A stretch of 64,000 nt of DNA from Deltaproteobacteria bacterium TL4 (lineage in GTDB: Bacteria > SAR324 > NAC60-12). Where the stretch lies: the NCBI GenBank assembly GCA_051382335.1, contig JBBCAX010000010.1, forward strand, positions 11,955 to 75,954, written 5' to 3'. The position numbers and the translations under genes are program-made. The number at the start of each line of letters is the position of its first letter. The first letter of the stretch is position 1. The notes beneath the pieces are model-generated. The model ran no database searches. It was not told where the DNA came from and worked only from the letters and a program-made list of their open reading frames with translations. Shown here one piece after another: positions 23,917 to 33,952 of the stretch.

Positions 23917-26394
23917 CTATCGTATTTCCCGCTGAGAGTCCAGATCATTGATTGAAGGTTCTGCTTCCGCAATCGTGTAAGGCAGAAATTTCATCATTTC
24001 TGAAATGAGATCCGCACTACTGACCGGTTTACTCAAATAGGAATCACAGTACGAGCGTATTCTTACTTCATCTTCTTTCATCGCAGCCGCAGTCACGGCA
24101 ATCAAGGGAATATGTTTAAATTTCTCATCGTTTTTAAGCAGGGACGCTACCTCATAACCATCCATTTCAGGCATTCGAATATCCAGCAAAATCAACTGTG
24201 GATGATGGATTTTAACTTGTTCAATGACTTCTTTACCTGTTTCTGCTTCCAACAGGTTAAAGTTGTAATTTTCCAAATATCCCAATAAAACCATTCGGTT
24301 CACTTCAACATCATCAGCAATCAAAATGGTACTTTTTTCAAAGCATATTGAATCAGGGTCAATGGCTTTATGCTGATTGGCGTTCAAGGTCCTTACGGAG
24401 GAGACCTCTACATTTCTGAGCATAATATTGAAGGTTGTGCCTTTTCCAATTTCACTGTTGACACTGATTTCGCCATTCATCATTTCAATCAAACGTTTGG
24501 AAATTGCCAGGCCTAGTCCTGTGCCTCCATACTGGGAAACCTTTTGATTTTTTGCTTGGGTAAAAACGCCAAAGATGGATTTGAGCTGGTCTTTTTCAAG
24601 GCCTATGCCTGTATCTTTGACGGAAAAAATAAAATCCAGAGTACTCTGGTGACTATCATAGATATAATGATAATCTGCGGCTAATGTGATCGTACCCTGA
24701 TGCGTGAATTTAATCGCGTTTCCAATCAGATTGAGGAGAATCTGACGTAAGCGGGTTTCGTCCAACAGCAGTGCATAAGGGAAGTTTTTCGGGATGTCAA
24801 TGTTCAACGTCAAGCCTTTGGCCTCTATACTTTGACCAAAAATGGTTTTCATTTCGTGGAATAACTGGTGGGGAGACACTTGGGTATATTCCAACGTTAA
24901 CTTACCCGCTTCAACTTTGGAAAGATCCAGGATATCATTGATCAAACAGAGCAAAGTATTTCCACTGGGGTGAACAGAATCAAGATAGTGAATGAGCTGA
25001 GGTTCCTGGATTTTAGATTTTAGGATTTCCGTTAAACCCAGAATAGCGTTCATGGGTGTGCGAATTTCGTGAGACATGTTTGCCAGAAACAAACTCTTTG
25101 TTTGGTTGGCATTTTCTGCGGCTTCCTTTGCTTTGGACAACTCCAAGGCTTGTTTTTCTAAATGTTGAGTACGTTCAATCACCAGCTCTTCAAGGTGATT
25201 GCTGTGTCTTTTCAAGGTTTGCTCTGCTTCTTTACTCTCCGTAATATCACGAACCGTCGCTTGAAAAAGGGTCTCGTTTCCCAATTTCAACCGGGTCAAC
25301 AGAACCGTGGCATAAAAGGCTTCACCATTCATTCGCTGGTGCCGCCACTCGAAGAAGTGAGAGCCCTTCTCCATGGCGATCTTCTTCATCTGTAAGAACT
25401 TTTCTGAAGAGCGAATTCCCTCAGGTTGATAGTCGGGAGATAAATCAACAGGATTTAAAGCCGTAAATTGCGCCTCATCCATGCAGCCAAAAAGTTTGAT
25501 GGTTGCAGGGTTCCCCTTAAGGTACCGTTCATCAGGGTGGAGGATCATTATAGCGTCCATCGAAGTTTCAAAGAGGTAGCGGTATTTTTCTTCACTGCGT
25601 CTTAGCTGATCTTCAACGGCTTTGTTCTCAGTCACAGAAACGTGAAGTTTTTTTGCCATGGTACTGAACGCGTTTTCCAGAATTTTCAGTTCATGACGTC
25701 CCTGTGTTTTGACATCAAAGGTAAACTGTTGCAGATTATCCAGAGTGAGTTGTTCTGCCGCCGAGGCCAACCGCGCAAGCGGACGACTTAAGACAACACG
25801 TCCGACCCACAAAAAAATAATCCACAAGGCCATCGTTTTTATGACGGAATTGATCAGGATGAAAACAAAACCATATTGAACCTTTTTCAATACAATCCCT
25901 GAACTGGAGTAAATCGTAGCTATCCCAAGGTTATTCGCGGTTTTTGAGCCAGAGCCCTTGTATTTGATCACAAATTCATGTCCAAACAACCTTGAAAAAG
26001 CGCCTGTCTCCTTCGTCGAAACCTGATCTCCTTCAAGGGTGATGGTTGTTGCGTTTCCTTGTTGATTGAGAATCGATCCTACTCCAAAGATCCCACCACT
26101 TGGGATCTCAATCTTAATACCCACAATAACGGGTATTTTCAACACGCCTTCCAGGGTGAAATTGATTTGTTGGGTATTCAGATCCCACATCGCCTGAGCC
26201 AGACCTCCTTCAAAGGTATTTTGAAAGAGGCGAAGCTCCTGAACTACCTGTTCTTTCTCATTGTAATATTCAGCCACCATGTGTATCAGCGTGACCGCGA
26301 TGGCGATCAGGAGATAGAGGGAAAACACAATTTTCAAGAGATACGTAGCAATTGAGTCTCTGATATGAACCGGAGAAGATTCGATTTTACTCAT
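23917..26394 (-). CDS. hybrid sensor histidine kinase (TM-periplasmic-TM, PAS, HisKA, HATPase, REC)
   Basis: 825 aa; H-box MSHEIRTPMNAILG, N/G boxes LIGNAIKFT, DTGIGL, GGTGLGLAISKRL; C-terminal receiver ILIADDVEVNRM..LILLDIRMPEMDG. Confidence 0.85.
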   Translation of the reverse strand: MSKIESSPVHIRDSIATYLLKIVFSLYLLIAIAVTLIHMVAEYYNEKEQVVQELRLFQNTFEGGLAQAMWDLNTQQINFTLEGVLKIPVIVGIKIEIPSGGIFGVGSILNQQGNATTITLEGDQVSTKETGAFSRLFGHEFVIKYKGSGSKTANNLGIATIYSSSGIVLKKVQYGFVFILINSVIKTMALWIIFLWVGRVVLSRPLARLASAAEQLTLDNLQQFTFDVKTQGRHELKILENAFSTMAKKLHVSVTENKAVEDQLRRSEEKYRYLFETSMDAIMILHPDERYLKGNPATIKLFGCMDEAQFTALNPVDLSPDYQPEGIRSSEKFLQMKKIAMEKGSHFFEWRHQRMNGEAFYATVLLTRLKLGNETLFQATVRDITESKEAEQTLKRHSNHLEELVIERTQHLEKQALELSKAKEAAENANQTKSLFLANMSHEIRTPMNAILGLTEILKSKIQEPQLIHYLDSVHPSGNTLLCLINDILDLSKVEAGKLTLEYTQVSPHQLFHEMKTIFGQSIEAKGLTLNIDIPKNFPYALLLDETRLRQILLNLIGNAIKFTHQGTITLAADYHYIYDSHQSTLDFIFSVKDTGIGLEKDQLKSIFGVFTQAKNQKVSQYGGTGLGLAISKRLIEMMNGEISVNSEIGKGTTFNIMLRNVEVSSVRTLNANQHKAIDPDSICFEKSTILIADDVEVNRMVLLGYLENYNFNLLEAETGKEVIEQVKIHHPQLILLDIRMPEMDGYEVASLLKNDEKFKHIPLIAVTAAAMKEDEVRIRSYCDSYLSKPVSSADLISEMMKFLPYTIAEAEPSINDLDSQREIR

Positions 26395-26461
26395 TTTATT
26401 TCATGCTCTCTGTAGCCCACCGGCAAAAGTGGAGGATGATCATCGATACCTGAGTTGTGAC

Positions 26462-28297
26462 TTAAAATCTATAGGTTCCAGCCAGAATCTCCTTGTAGCG
26501 TGCTGGAGTCAGAGGGACATAGTTCTTCGTTTGAGGAAGCATGACATAGACCTTATCTTTGAGGGTCGTGACATCATACCCTTCTTTTTTCAAGTCGACT
26601 TTTCGATGTTTAAAAGTACCTGTGATTTCAAGTTCTTTTTGAAATCTCAAGAAGACAGGAACCGCATAAGGAGGCAGTTCTTTGTGAAGCAGGTTTTCAA
26701 ATTTGCCAAAGTCAAATTCATCAAACGGAACTTTAAGGACCAACGCTGCCATTCCAGCTCTTCCATTGGCACCAGGAATTTCAACCCCATAAATGGTGGA
26801 GGCCTCTACGGCTTCAAAAAGATTACAAACTTCATCCACTTCTGTGGTGGATACGTTTTCAGACTTCCAGCGGAAGGTATCGCCGACACGGTCCACAAAT
26901 TGTGCATGAAAAAATCCTTGATCCTTGAGTAAATCCCCTGAGTTGAACCATATATCTCCAGGTCTGAAGACGTTTCTTAAAAGTTTTTTCTCACTGGCTG
27001 CGGGATCGGTGTAGCCATCAAACGCAAATTTTTCACTGACTTCACCCAAGAGCAACCCGACTTCTCCTTTGGCAACCTTGATCAGATGTCCCTTGGAATC
27101 CTTGATAGGTTCATCGGCGTCAATATCATATTTGACAAGGGCATAAGGTGCGGGACAGAGTCCCACGGTGCAATCCAGGTTAAGTAAATTAATAAATAGA
27201 ATATTCCCTTCACTTGCGCCATAAAGCTCATAGACTTCGGTGATGCCAAAACGTTGTTTGAACTTTTTCCAAATATCAGGACGTAAGCCATTGCCAATCA
27301 TTTTGCTGATGGGATTATTGGCATCGTCAAGTTTCACCGGTTGATTGATGAGATAGCGGCACAATTCGCCGATATAGCAAAAAATGTTGGCATTAAATTT
27401 ACGCGTATCGTCCCAAAACTGACTTGCGCTGAATTTACGTCTCATCGCGATCGCGGCTCCTCTTGCGGCAAGTCCGGACCAGGCAACGGTTAAAGCGGTA
27501 TTGTGATAGAGTGGCAAGGGAGCGTAAAGAATATCTGTGGGCTTGAGATCCAAACAAACCATGCCAAACGCGGCAGCGGCTTTTATCCACCGAAAGTTTG
27601 TCATGATCGAGGCTTTAGGTAAGCCTGTGGTTCCTGAGGTATAAACATAAAAACAAGGATCTTTAAGCATCACATTTTTTGTTGTGGAAGGATTGCTCGT
27701 AGGGCTTTCCTTTGAGATTTTTTCGAGATCCTTGTATCCTTTGGGGGCGTCCTTTTCACCATGATCCGGAATAAAAAAGACAGGTTGTTTGGGGGTCAGG
27801 TTCAATTCGGGTTTAATCTCTTCAAAAGCGTCAACCAGTTCTTCTCCAATAATAAACATCTTCGGATGACTTAACTTGAAACTATGAACCAACGCTCTTT
27901 GACGCTGATTATAGTTAATCAAGGCGGCAATGGCACCAATTTTGGCTAGTGCTCCCACACAAACCAGTATCTCAGGACGATTTTCGATTAAAACGGCAAC
28001 AGAATCCCCTTTCTTCAACCCTTGCTCAATGAAATAATTGGCATAACGATTGACCCATTCATTGTATTCACCATGCGTATATCGTTTCTCTTCAAAAAGA
28101 ATCGCTGTTTGTGAGGGATACCGACTGGCATTGCGCTCAATGTAAGTCCCAATCGATTTCGTGATGGTTTTATCGGTGATCTTGACATCCAGAAGCGCCT
28201 CAATAATGGAAGGCAGTTTCCCTAAAAATAAGCGGGTGTTGTTGATCGTCGTCGGAAGGTTATCCATTAATCTTTGTACATCCATAGAGTTCTCCAT
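26462..28297 (-). CDS. FATP-like very-long-chain acyl-CoA synthetase / fatty-acid transport protein family
   Basis: 611 aa; AMP-binding motif YTSGTTGLPKA; overall architecture of the FATP/SLC27-like bacterial acyl-CoA synthetases. Confidence 0.75.
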   Translation of the reverse strand: MENSMDVQRLMDNLPTTINNTRLFLGKLPSIIEALLDVKITDKTITKSIGTYIERNASRYPSQTAILFEEKRYTHGEYNEWVNRYANYFIEQGLKKGDSVAVLIENRPEILVCVGALAKIGAIAALINYNQRQRALVHSFKLSHPKMFIIGEELVDAFEEIKPELNLTPKQPVFFIPDHGEKDAPKGYKDLEKISKESPTSNPSTTKNVMLKDPCFYVYTSGTTGLPKASIMTNFRWIKAAAAFGMVCLDLKPTDILYAPLPLYHNTALTVAWSGLAARGAAIAMRRKFSASQFWDDTRKFNANIFCYIGELCRYLINQPVKLDDANNPISKMIGNGLRPDIWKKFKQRFGITEVYELYGASEGNILFINLLNLDCTVGLCPAPYALVKYDIDADEPIKDSKGHLIKVAKGEVGLLLGEVSEKFAFDGYTDPAASEKKLLRNVFRPGDIWFNSGDLLKDQGFFHAQFVDRVGDTFRWKSENVSTTEVDEVCNLFEAVEASTIYGVEIPGANGRAGMAALVLKVPFDEFDFGKFENLLHKELPPYAVPVFLRFQKELEITGTFKHRKVDLKKEGYDVTTLKDKVYVMLPQTKNYVPLTPARYKEILAGTYRF

Positions 28298-28663
28298 TCT
28301 TATCCGTCTGAAAGGGGTGGTATGGCATCAATTATCTATCTTTTTGGGGGGAGCCTGAATTTTTATTATGAGATTTTAGAAAGAAGTACAACACTTTTGT
28401 TCATACTTCCATCGCGTCAGGTTTTGTGTTACTTCAAAGCCTGGATTACCGTTCCTACTCAACAACATCAAAAACAGGACACACCCCTATTGAATGATTA
28501 TAGAATTGCGGTTCGTTACCTCGAAAGTACATCTGAGTGAAAAAATAATGCTAATTTCATTGAGGTATTTTGATAAACACGATAGTATGTTGATCCATAA
28601 TTTAACTTATGAAGTTTGAGTTTGATTTTCCTCCATCCAAACCATTTCCACAAAACCTCTGTT

Positions 28664-31192
28664 ATGAGCATAAGAAACAAACTGATCTTATATCTGCTTT
28701 TGATTTCAAGCATTCCCCTTGTAATTTTTGGTCTCATTGAGACTCAGCAAATTCAAAGAGTGCTTTCCCGTCAAGTAGCTGAAAGTACCTTAGAAACGCT
28801 CCATTTATTTAGAGCAAGCGTCAATGTCTTTATTTATGGCAAGTTAGAAAACATTCGACTATGGGCTAAAGACAAAGATTTCCGCACATTGATTTCTAAT
28901 CATGACCGATCAGCGATTATCTCATTTAGCGAGGACTGGTTGAAGAAGCATCAGGAATATACCTTTGCCTCATACATTACTTCTCGTGGAGAACTCGTAA
29001 CAACCTTTCCTTTAAATAGGCTGAAGAGTTCTAAGTTGGATCTTGGTTCCTTGGGAAAAGCCTTGACAGGAGAGGAAACGTTTTCCGATCAGATCGTATT
29101 TAACGAAATTACGATGAAACATGAATTGTACGTTTATGAACCTATATTTGAGGAAAATTCTGCCACTCGTGTGCTTGGTGTTTTGATCGTTGGTTTGAGT
29201 TGGGAGATCGTAACCAACATGATTTCAGGATTGATGAACCATAATATCGCAAATCATTTCATGTTATTTGATCAAACAGGGCTTGCCATTTCCGGTTATA
29301 ACAAAGATAGGTTTGGGGGTAACCTGATTGAAGAAGGGGTGTTGTCCGCAAGGAAGGCGGTAGAAGGTCAAGAAGGATACTTGATCGAGAATACAGAGCA
29401 TGATGTTCTCTCATTTACAGTCTATACGTTTTTCAACCGTTATCGTGATATGCCTCAATTGAAATGGTATTTGAGTTTTTATCAAGATCCTGAGAGGATC
29501 TTTGATTTGATCAGACAGCAATATCAACTGATATTGTTCCAACTTTTGATCAGTCTGGTCACATTGACTGTGATTTCAATTGTTATTGGCAGAAAGATTG
29601 GAAATCCTATCCTTCAAATCGCTCAATCGGCCCAAAAGATAGGAAAAGGAGATTTTACCCACAAAGTACCGTATCAATCCCAAGATGAAATTGGTATCCT
29701 CTCTAAAGCCTTCAATAAAATGGTTGATAATCTGTATTCGGCCAACAGAGAGTTAAAGTATGCCAAAGAAAAAGCTGAGTTTGCCAACCAGTCAAAAACT
29801 TATTTCCTTGCCAATGTCAGTCATGAAATCCGCACCCCCTTGAATGCCATTAGCGGCTTCAGTCAAATCATAATGAATCATACCCAATCCATGGCATTAC
29901 CTCCAGACATGCTGCAGTACCTTAAAAATATCCACATCAGCACTCAGAATCTTTCCGAGTTAATCAATAACGTTTTGGATCTTTCCAAAATTGAAGCGGG
30001 TAAGATGTCTCTTCATTACGAGGATCTGAATCTAAAAATCATGATACAAAGCCTATTTCAAATTCACAAAGCACAAGCCGCTCAAAAAGGAATTACGTTA
30101 AACTATAAGCTTGAACCTCAAGTTCCCACAATCATCCATTCTGACCGGACCAAAATCAATCAGTTTTTAATTAATTTGCTGAATAACGCCATTAAATTTA
30201 CACCCACAGGTAAGGAAATACAGTTCAATACCCTATTGGAAAATAACCTGCTGGTGTTTCAAATAATTGATAAGGGGATTGGAATTCCAGAAAATCGCTT
30301 GGAAGCCATTTTTGAAGCATTCGAACAAGCGGACAATACAATAACACGAAAATATGGCGGAACGGGATTGGGATTGGCGATAACAAAGCAGATCATAGCC
30401 CTTCTCGGCGGTACAATCCATGTGGAAAGTCTCCAAGGTCAAGGATCAACGTTTACCGTCAAAATTCCTCTGATCTCTGCTGTACATCAAAATTTGGCGG
30501 AAGAACAAGTAAAGTTTGAAAAAATAGCATTTAGTCCTGAAAATGTGATTTTGGTTGTTGAAGACCATGCGCTGAATCAGGAAGTGATTAAAACGCTATT
30601 CAAAGAACTTAAGCTAGAGATCCATCTCGCAAATAATGGGATTGAAGCCATTAATATGGTCAAAACCTTACATACCAGGCAGCAAATTCCGGATCTTATC
30701 TTAATGGACTTGCACATGCCGGAAATGGATGGAGCTCAAGCGATCAAAAATCTTCGTCAGATTCCAGAATTTTCAGAGATTCCGATTGTGTTGTTATCCG
30801 CGGATATTTTTTACGACCAAGACAAATTTGAAGGGGTCAACGATTTTTTAAATAAGCCCATTGAATTCAACGAATTAATCCAGGTATTGACTCGATACTT
30901 GCGTCGCGAGGCACATGCGGCACCTGCTGAAATCTCAGTCAAAGATCCTCTTCCTGATTCAGTGGAACAAGACTTGTTAGAAAAGCTGGAATATATTTTT
31001 ACTATTCCCATCTATTATCCGGAAAAAATTCTGGAGACTTTGGAAGAAATGCAATCGTTATGTGCACCCTATCAATCAAAATACACGCCATTGATTGAAA
31101 AACTCATGCAGCTGGCATTTGCTTCGGATGAAACAAATCTCAGAAACTTTATAGAAGAGATAACCGATGGGAAAAATTCTGATAGTCGATGA
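28664..31192 (+). CDS. hybrid sensor histidine kinase (periplasmic sensor, HAMP, HisKA, HATPase, REC, C-terminal extension)
   Basis: H-box VSHEIRTPLNAISG, LLNNAIKFT, GGTGLGLAITKQI; receiver ILVVEDHALNQEV..LILMDLHMPEMDG; two TM helices flank a roughly 270-aa extracytoplasmic region. Start taken at MSIRNKL; the ORF track starts at 28616. Confidence 0.85.
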   Translation: MSIRNKLILYLLLISSIPLVIFGLIETQQIQRVLSRQVAESTLETLHLFRASVNVFIYGKLENIRLWAKDKDFRTLISNHDRSAIISFSEDWLKKHQEYTFASYITSRGELVTTFPLNRLKSSKLDLGSLGKALTGEETFSDQIVFNEITMKHELYVYEPIFEENSATRVLGVLIVGLSWEIVTNMISGLMNHNIANHFMLFDQTGLAISGYNKDRFGGNLIEEGVLSARKAVEGQEGYLIENTEHDVLSFTVYTFFNRYRDMPQLKWYLSFYQDPERIFDLIRQQYQLILFQLLISLVTLTVISIVIGRKIGNPILQIAQSAQKIGKGDFTHKVPYQSQDEIGILSKAFNKMVDNLYSANRELKYAKEKAEFANQSKTYFLANVSHEIRTPLNAISGFSQIIMNHTQSMALPPDMLQYLKNIHISTQNLSELINNVLDLSKIEAGKMSLHYEDLNLKIMIQSLFQIHKAQAAQKGITLNYKLEPQVPTIIHSDRTKINQFLINLLNNAIKFTPTGKEIQFNTLLENNLLVFQIIDKGIGIPENRLEAIFEAFEQADNTITRKYGGTGLGLAITKQIIALLGGTIHVESLQGQGSTFTVKIPLISAVHQNLAEEQVKFEKIAFSPENVILVVEDHALNQEVIKTLFKELKLEIHLANNGIEAINMVKTLHTRQQIPDLILMDLHMPEMDGAQAIKNLRQIPEFSEIPIVLLSADIFYDQDKFEGVNDFLNKPIEFNELIQVLTRYLRREAHAAPAEISVKDPLPDSVEQDLLEKLEYIFTIPIYYPEKILETLEEMQSLCAPYQSKYTPLIEKLMQLAFASDETNLRNFIEEITDGKNSDSR

Positions 31193-32312
31193 TGATCCTC
31201 AAGTGTTTCAACATTTAAGAGCCTTACTTCAGCAATATGGCTATGAATACGGTTTCATCACGCATCCTAAATATGTCTTCCAGCGCTTGGAGGACGATGC
31301 CTTTGATTTGATCCTGCTCGATCTCAATATGCCGGAAATTGGAGGGATTACGATTCTGAAACAATTGAAGGAAGCCCCAAAGTTTCAAGCCATTCCTGTG
31401 ATTATTCTGACTGGTGAATCCGATAGTATCTTGTTACAGGAATGTTTTGAGTTTGGAGCGATTGACTTCATTAACAAACCCATTGACGAGATTATTCTTC
31501 GGTCCCGTATTAAATCTGCCATGGCCACACAGGGATATATTCGTCAGTTGGAAGATGAAATCATCAAACGGAAGCGACTGGAAAAATATTTAAGGCAGTC
31601 TGAAAAAATGGAAGCGATTCGAACACTGTCAGGAGGCATCGCGCATGAGTATAATAATATGCTTTTTTCAATTCTGGGCTATGCCCAACTGTTAACAGAA
31701 GACACTCCTAAAGAAATGACAACCGCTCATGATAGTCTCCGCAGAATTATTCACATGGCACGGCGTGCCCAGAAACTCACCGCTCAAATTCTTGCGTTCA
31801 GTCGTTACGGCCAAGCAAAGCTACATGCCTGTCCTATAATCGAGGTCATTAAAGACGCAATAGATTACATCTCTGTGACGTTGGAACCGAATGTAAGACT
31901 TGAATATGAGAGCCAGATTATGGAAGGTTCTATTATGGCGGTTCCATCTCAAATTAGTCAGTTATTAACCAATCTTTGCGCCAATGCCTGTTATGCGATG
32001 AAAGATTCTGGCGGGGATTTAACGATAGGTTTGAATGTAATTAAACTAAATCGAAACGAATTATCTTCTCCTGAGATGGAAGAAGGCGATTATTTTGAAT
32101 TGACCGTCACGGACACGGGATGCGGAATAGCTGAGGATCAATTAGACCATATTTTCAATCCTTTTTTTACCACAAAACCCGTAGGACAAGGCACAGGTAT
32201 GGGATTGTCTGTGGTTCATGGAATTGTCGAACATCACAGGGGTCACATTTCCGTAAAAAGCGTCTTGAACGAAGGCTCAAGTTTTACTATCCTATTTCCA
32301 AAGAATGGGTAA
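31167..32312 (+). CDS. response-regulator/histidine-kinase hybrid (REC-HisKA-HATPase)
   Basis: 381 aa; receiver ILIVDDDPQVF..LILLDLNMPEIGG; H-box IAHEYNNMLFSILG; GTGMGLSVVHGIV; 26-bp overlap with the preceding kinase. Confidence 0.85.
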   Translation: MGKILIVDDDPQVFQHLRALLQQYGYEYGFITHPKYVFQRLEDDAFDLILLDLNMPEIGGITILKQLKEAPKFQAIPVIILTGESDSILLQECFEFGAIDFINKPIDEIILRSRIKSAMATQGYIRQLEDEIIKRKRLEKYLRQSEKMEAIRTLSGGIAHEYNNMLFSILGYAQLLTEDTPKEMTTAHDSLRRIIHMARRAQKLTAQILAFSRYGQAKLHACPIIEVIKDAIDYISVTLEPNVRLEYESQIMEGSIMAVPSQISQLLTNLCANACYAMKDSGGDLTIGLNVIKLNRNELSSPEMEEGDYFELTVTDTGCGIAEDQLDHIFNPFFTTKPVGQGTGMGLSVVHGIVEHHRGHISVKSVLNEGSSFTILFPKNG

Positions 32313-32528
32313 TCAGATGAGGAGTTTTTGTTGATATTGGAAAACGCTATCAAAATGCCTTAAAAGACTTTTGGTTAAGGTTTTCAAAATACTGATGCAA
32401 AAGCACGTTCTTTGCATTTCCTTGGCTGAGCAGACCTGTGCTTTTCATAATGCAGTGGGATTGGCTCTCAATTCATAAGTCCAACTATGAATTCACTTCC
32501 AAATATTTAAACTTTAAAACGTGGGGTA

Positions 32529-33131
32529 ATGATGTCCCTGATGATCAAAACAGGAGAGCGCTTTGAGTTGAACCCAAAGGAACAGGATCTCTCTAAAGTT
32601 ACCATAGGTTTTGGCTGGAAAGCTCATAAGCAAGGCGGCTTTTTGAAGAATCTGCTTAAAGGGGAGGGAGAATGTGATCTTGATGCGGCTGCGATTTTAT
32701 TGAATCAAAAGAACAAGCTCGAGCAGGAAGATGACGTGATCTATTTTGGTAATCTGCATTCTTATACTGGAAATGTTTACCATACGGGAGACAGTGTTGA
32801 TGGCAAAGGGAAAGGGCATGATGAAGCGATTATCGCGGATCTGATCAAACTTCCGGAAAACTACAAAAAAATAATATTGGCGATTGTCATCAATAAGGCT
32901 ACCGAACGACAGCAGAACTTTGGGATGCTGGATACCGCGTTTATTGAGCTGCTTGATGGTAAAAATACGAAATTGGTGAACTACCAGTTTATTACTTCGG
33001 AAACGGATCAAGAGAGCGTTTCCATGCTGGCGGGAGAACTTGTGCGTCAAGGGAAAACATGGCAATTTAACGCCTTAGGAAAAACCTTATCGGCAAAAAG
33101 AATTTCTTCAATTGCCGCTCAATTCGCCTGA
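32529..33131 (+). CDS. TerD-domain protein (tellurium-resistance TerD/TerZ/CABP family)
   Basis: 200 aa; TerD-type Ca-binding motif HTGDSVDGKGKGHDEAI and overall TerD length and pattern (VTIGFGW..DLDAAAILL). Confidence 0.75.
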   Translation: MMSLMIKTGERFELNPKEQDLSKVTIGFGWKAHKQGGFLKNLLKGEGECDLDAAAILLNQKNKLEQEDDVIYFGNLHSYTGNVYHTGDSVDGKGKGHDEAIIADLIKLPENYKKIILAIVINKATERQQNFGMLDTAFIELLDGKNTKLVNYQFITSETDQESVSMLAGELVRQGKTWQFNALGKTLSAKRISSIAAQFA

Positions 33132-33158
33132 TTTATGAGGGTGAATGAAAGAGTTTTT

Positions 33159-33551
33159 ATGAAATCTTCATTCCTATTGATTTTAAGAAATCTGATCGTT
33201 GCTGGAAGTCTCCTCTTGGGGCTTTCCTCCTGTTCTTCCACCGAAACGGATGCGTGTCCTTCATATAACCTCCTTTGCACTCGTTCTGCCGAAGCAAAAC
33301 TTACGGTATCTCCGGGGCCGACAGTGAGTGTTGGAACACAAGTGATCTTAAGCGCGGAGGACTCGACTTATGATACCATCGACTGGTTTCAGAATCAGTC
33401 GCTTCTTTCCACCTGTGCAGATCAGCCTATTTGTGTCAAACTGATGGATACACCGGGAGAGTATGTGTTCAAAATCGTCATCGCCGTTGAAAGTAATGGG
33501 TATAATCTCGATTCAGAAGATATTTCGTCATTAACAGTGACTGTGGAATGA
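33159..33551 (+). CDS. small lipoprotein, copy 1 (Ig/PKD-like beta domain)
   Basis: signal peptide with lipobox LGLSSC; single roughly 90-aa beta-rich domain; paralogous to the next gene. Confidence 0.6.
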   Translation: MKSSFLLILRNLIVAGSLLLGLSSCSSTETDACPSYNLLCTRSAEAKLTVSPGPTVSVGTQVILSAEDSTYDTIDWFQNQSLLSTCADQPICVKLMDTPGEYVFKIVIAVESNGYNLDSEDISSLTVTVE

Positions 33552-33562
33552 TCGGAGGTGCG

Positions 33563-33949
33563 ATGGGACGGATGGTTGTGATTTTGATGATGGGATTGAC
33601 GCCCCTCATAACGCTTGGAGGCTGTAGCGGGGATACGTGTTCCAGTTCGGATCCCAGTTGTCAAAAAGAAGCGGTTGCGGAAATGAGTGTCAGTCCGTCA
33701 AAAACGGTACATGTTGGCGATCAGGCTGTTTTTAACGCGTCGGCCTCAGAATATGACTCCATCCGTTGGAGTCTGAACGGAAAGAATCTCAGCTCATGCA
33801 ACGGGAAACCTTATTGTTCCCTTACTTTTGAGACTGCAGGCGTCTATGTTGTGACCGTTATTGTCTCCACCGACGCCTCCACGGGCTCCACACTCACTGG
33901 AAAATCAGGCAATACCGATAGAGAATCCATAGAAATCACGGTAACATGA
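33563..33949 (+). CDS. small lipoprotein, copy 2 (tandem paralog)
   Basis: lipobox LGGCSG; domain alignable with copy 1 (TVSVGTQVIL..YDTIDW vs TVHVGDQAVF..YDSIRW, conserved Cys pair). Confidence 0.6.
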   Translation: MGRMVVILMMGLTPLITLGGCSGDTCSSSDPSCQKEAVAEMSVSPSKTVHVGDQAVFNASASEYDSIRWSLNGKNLSSCNGKPYCSLTFETAGVYVVTVIVSTDASTGSTLTGKSGNTDRESIEITVT

Positions 33950-33952
33950 CGT

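Noticed and set aside
26429-26932. Numerous 60-170-aa ORFs antisense to or nested in large genes (e.g. 26429-26932, 18522-19016, 22208-22621, 41389-41661)
   Set aside because: They lie entirely within well-supported longer CDSs on the opposite strand or frame and lack motifs or RBS, so they are treated as frame-shadow ORFs.
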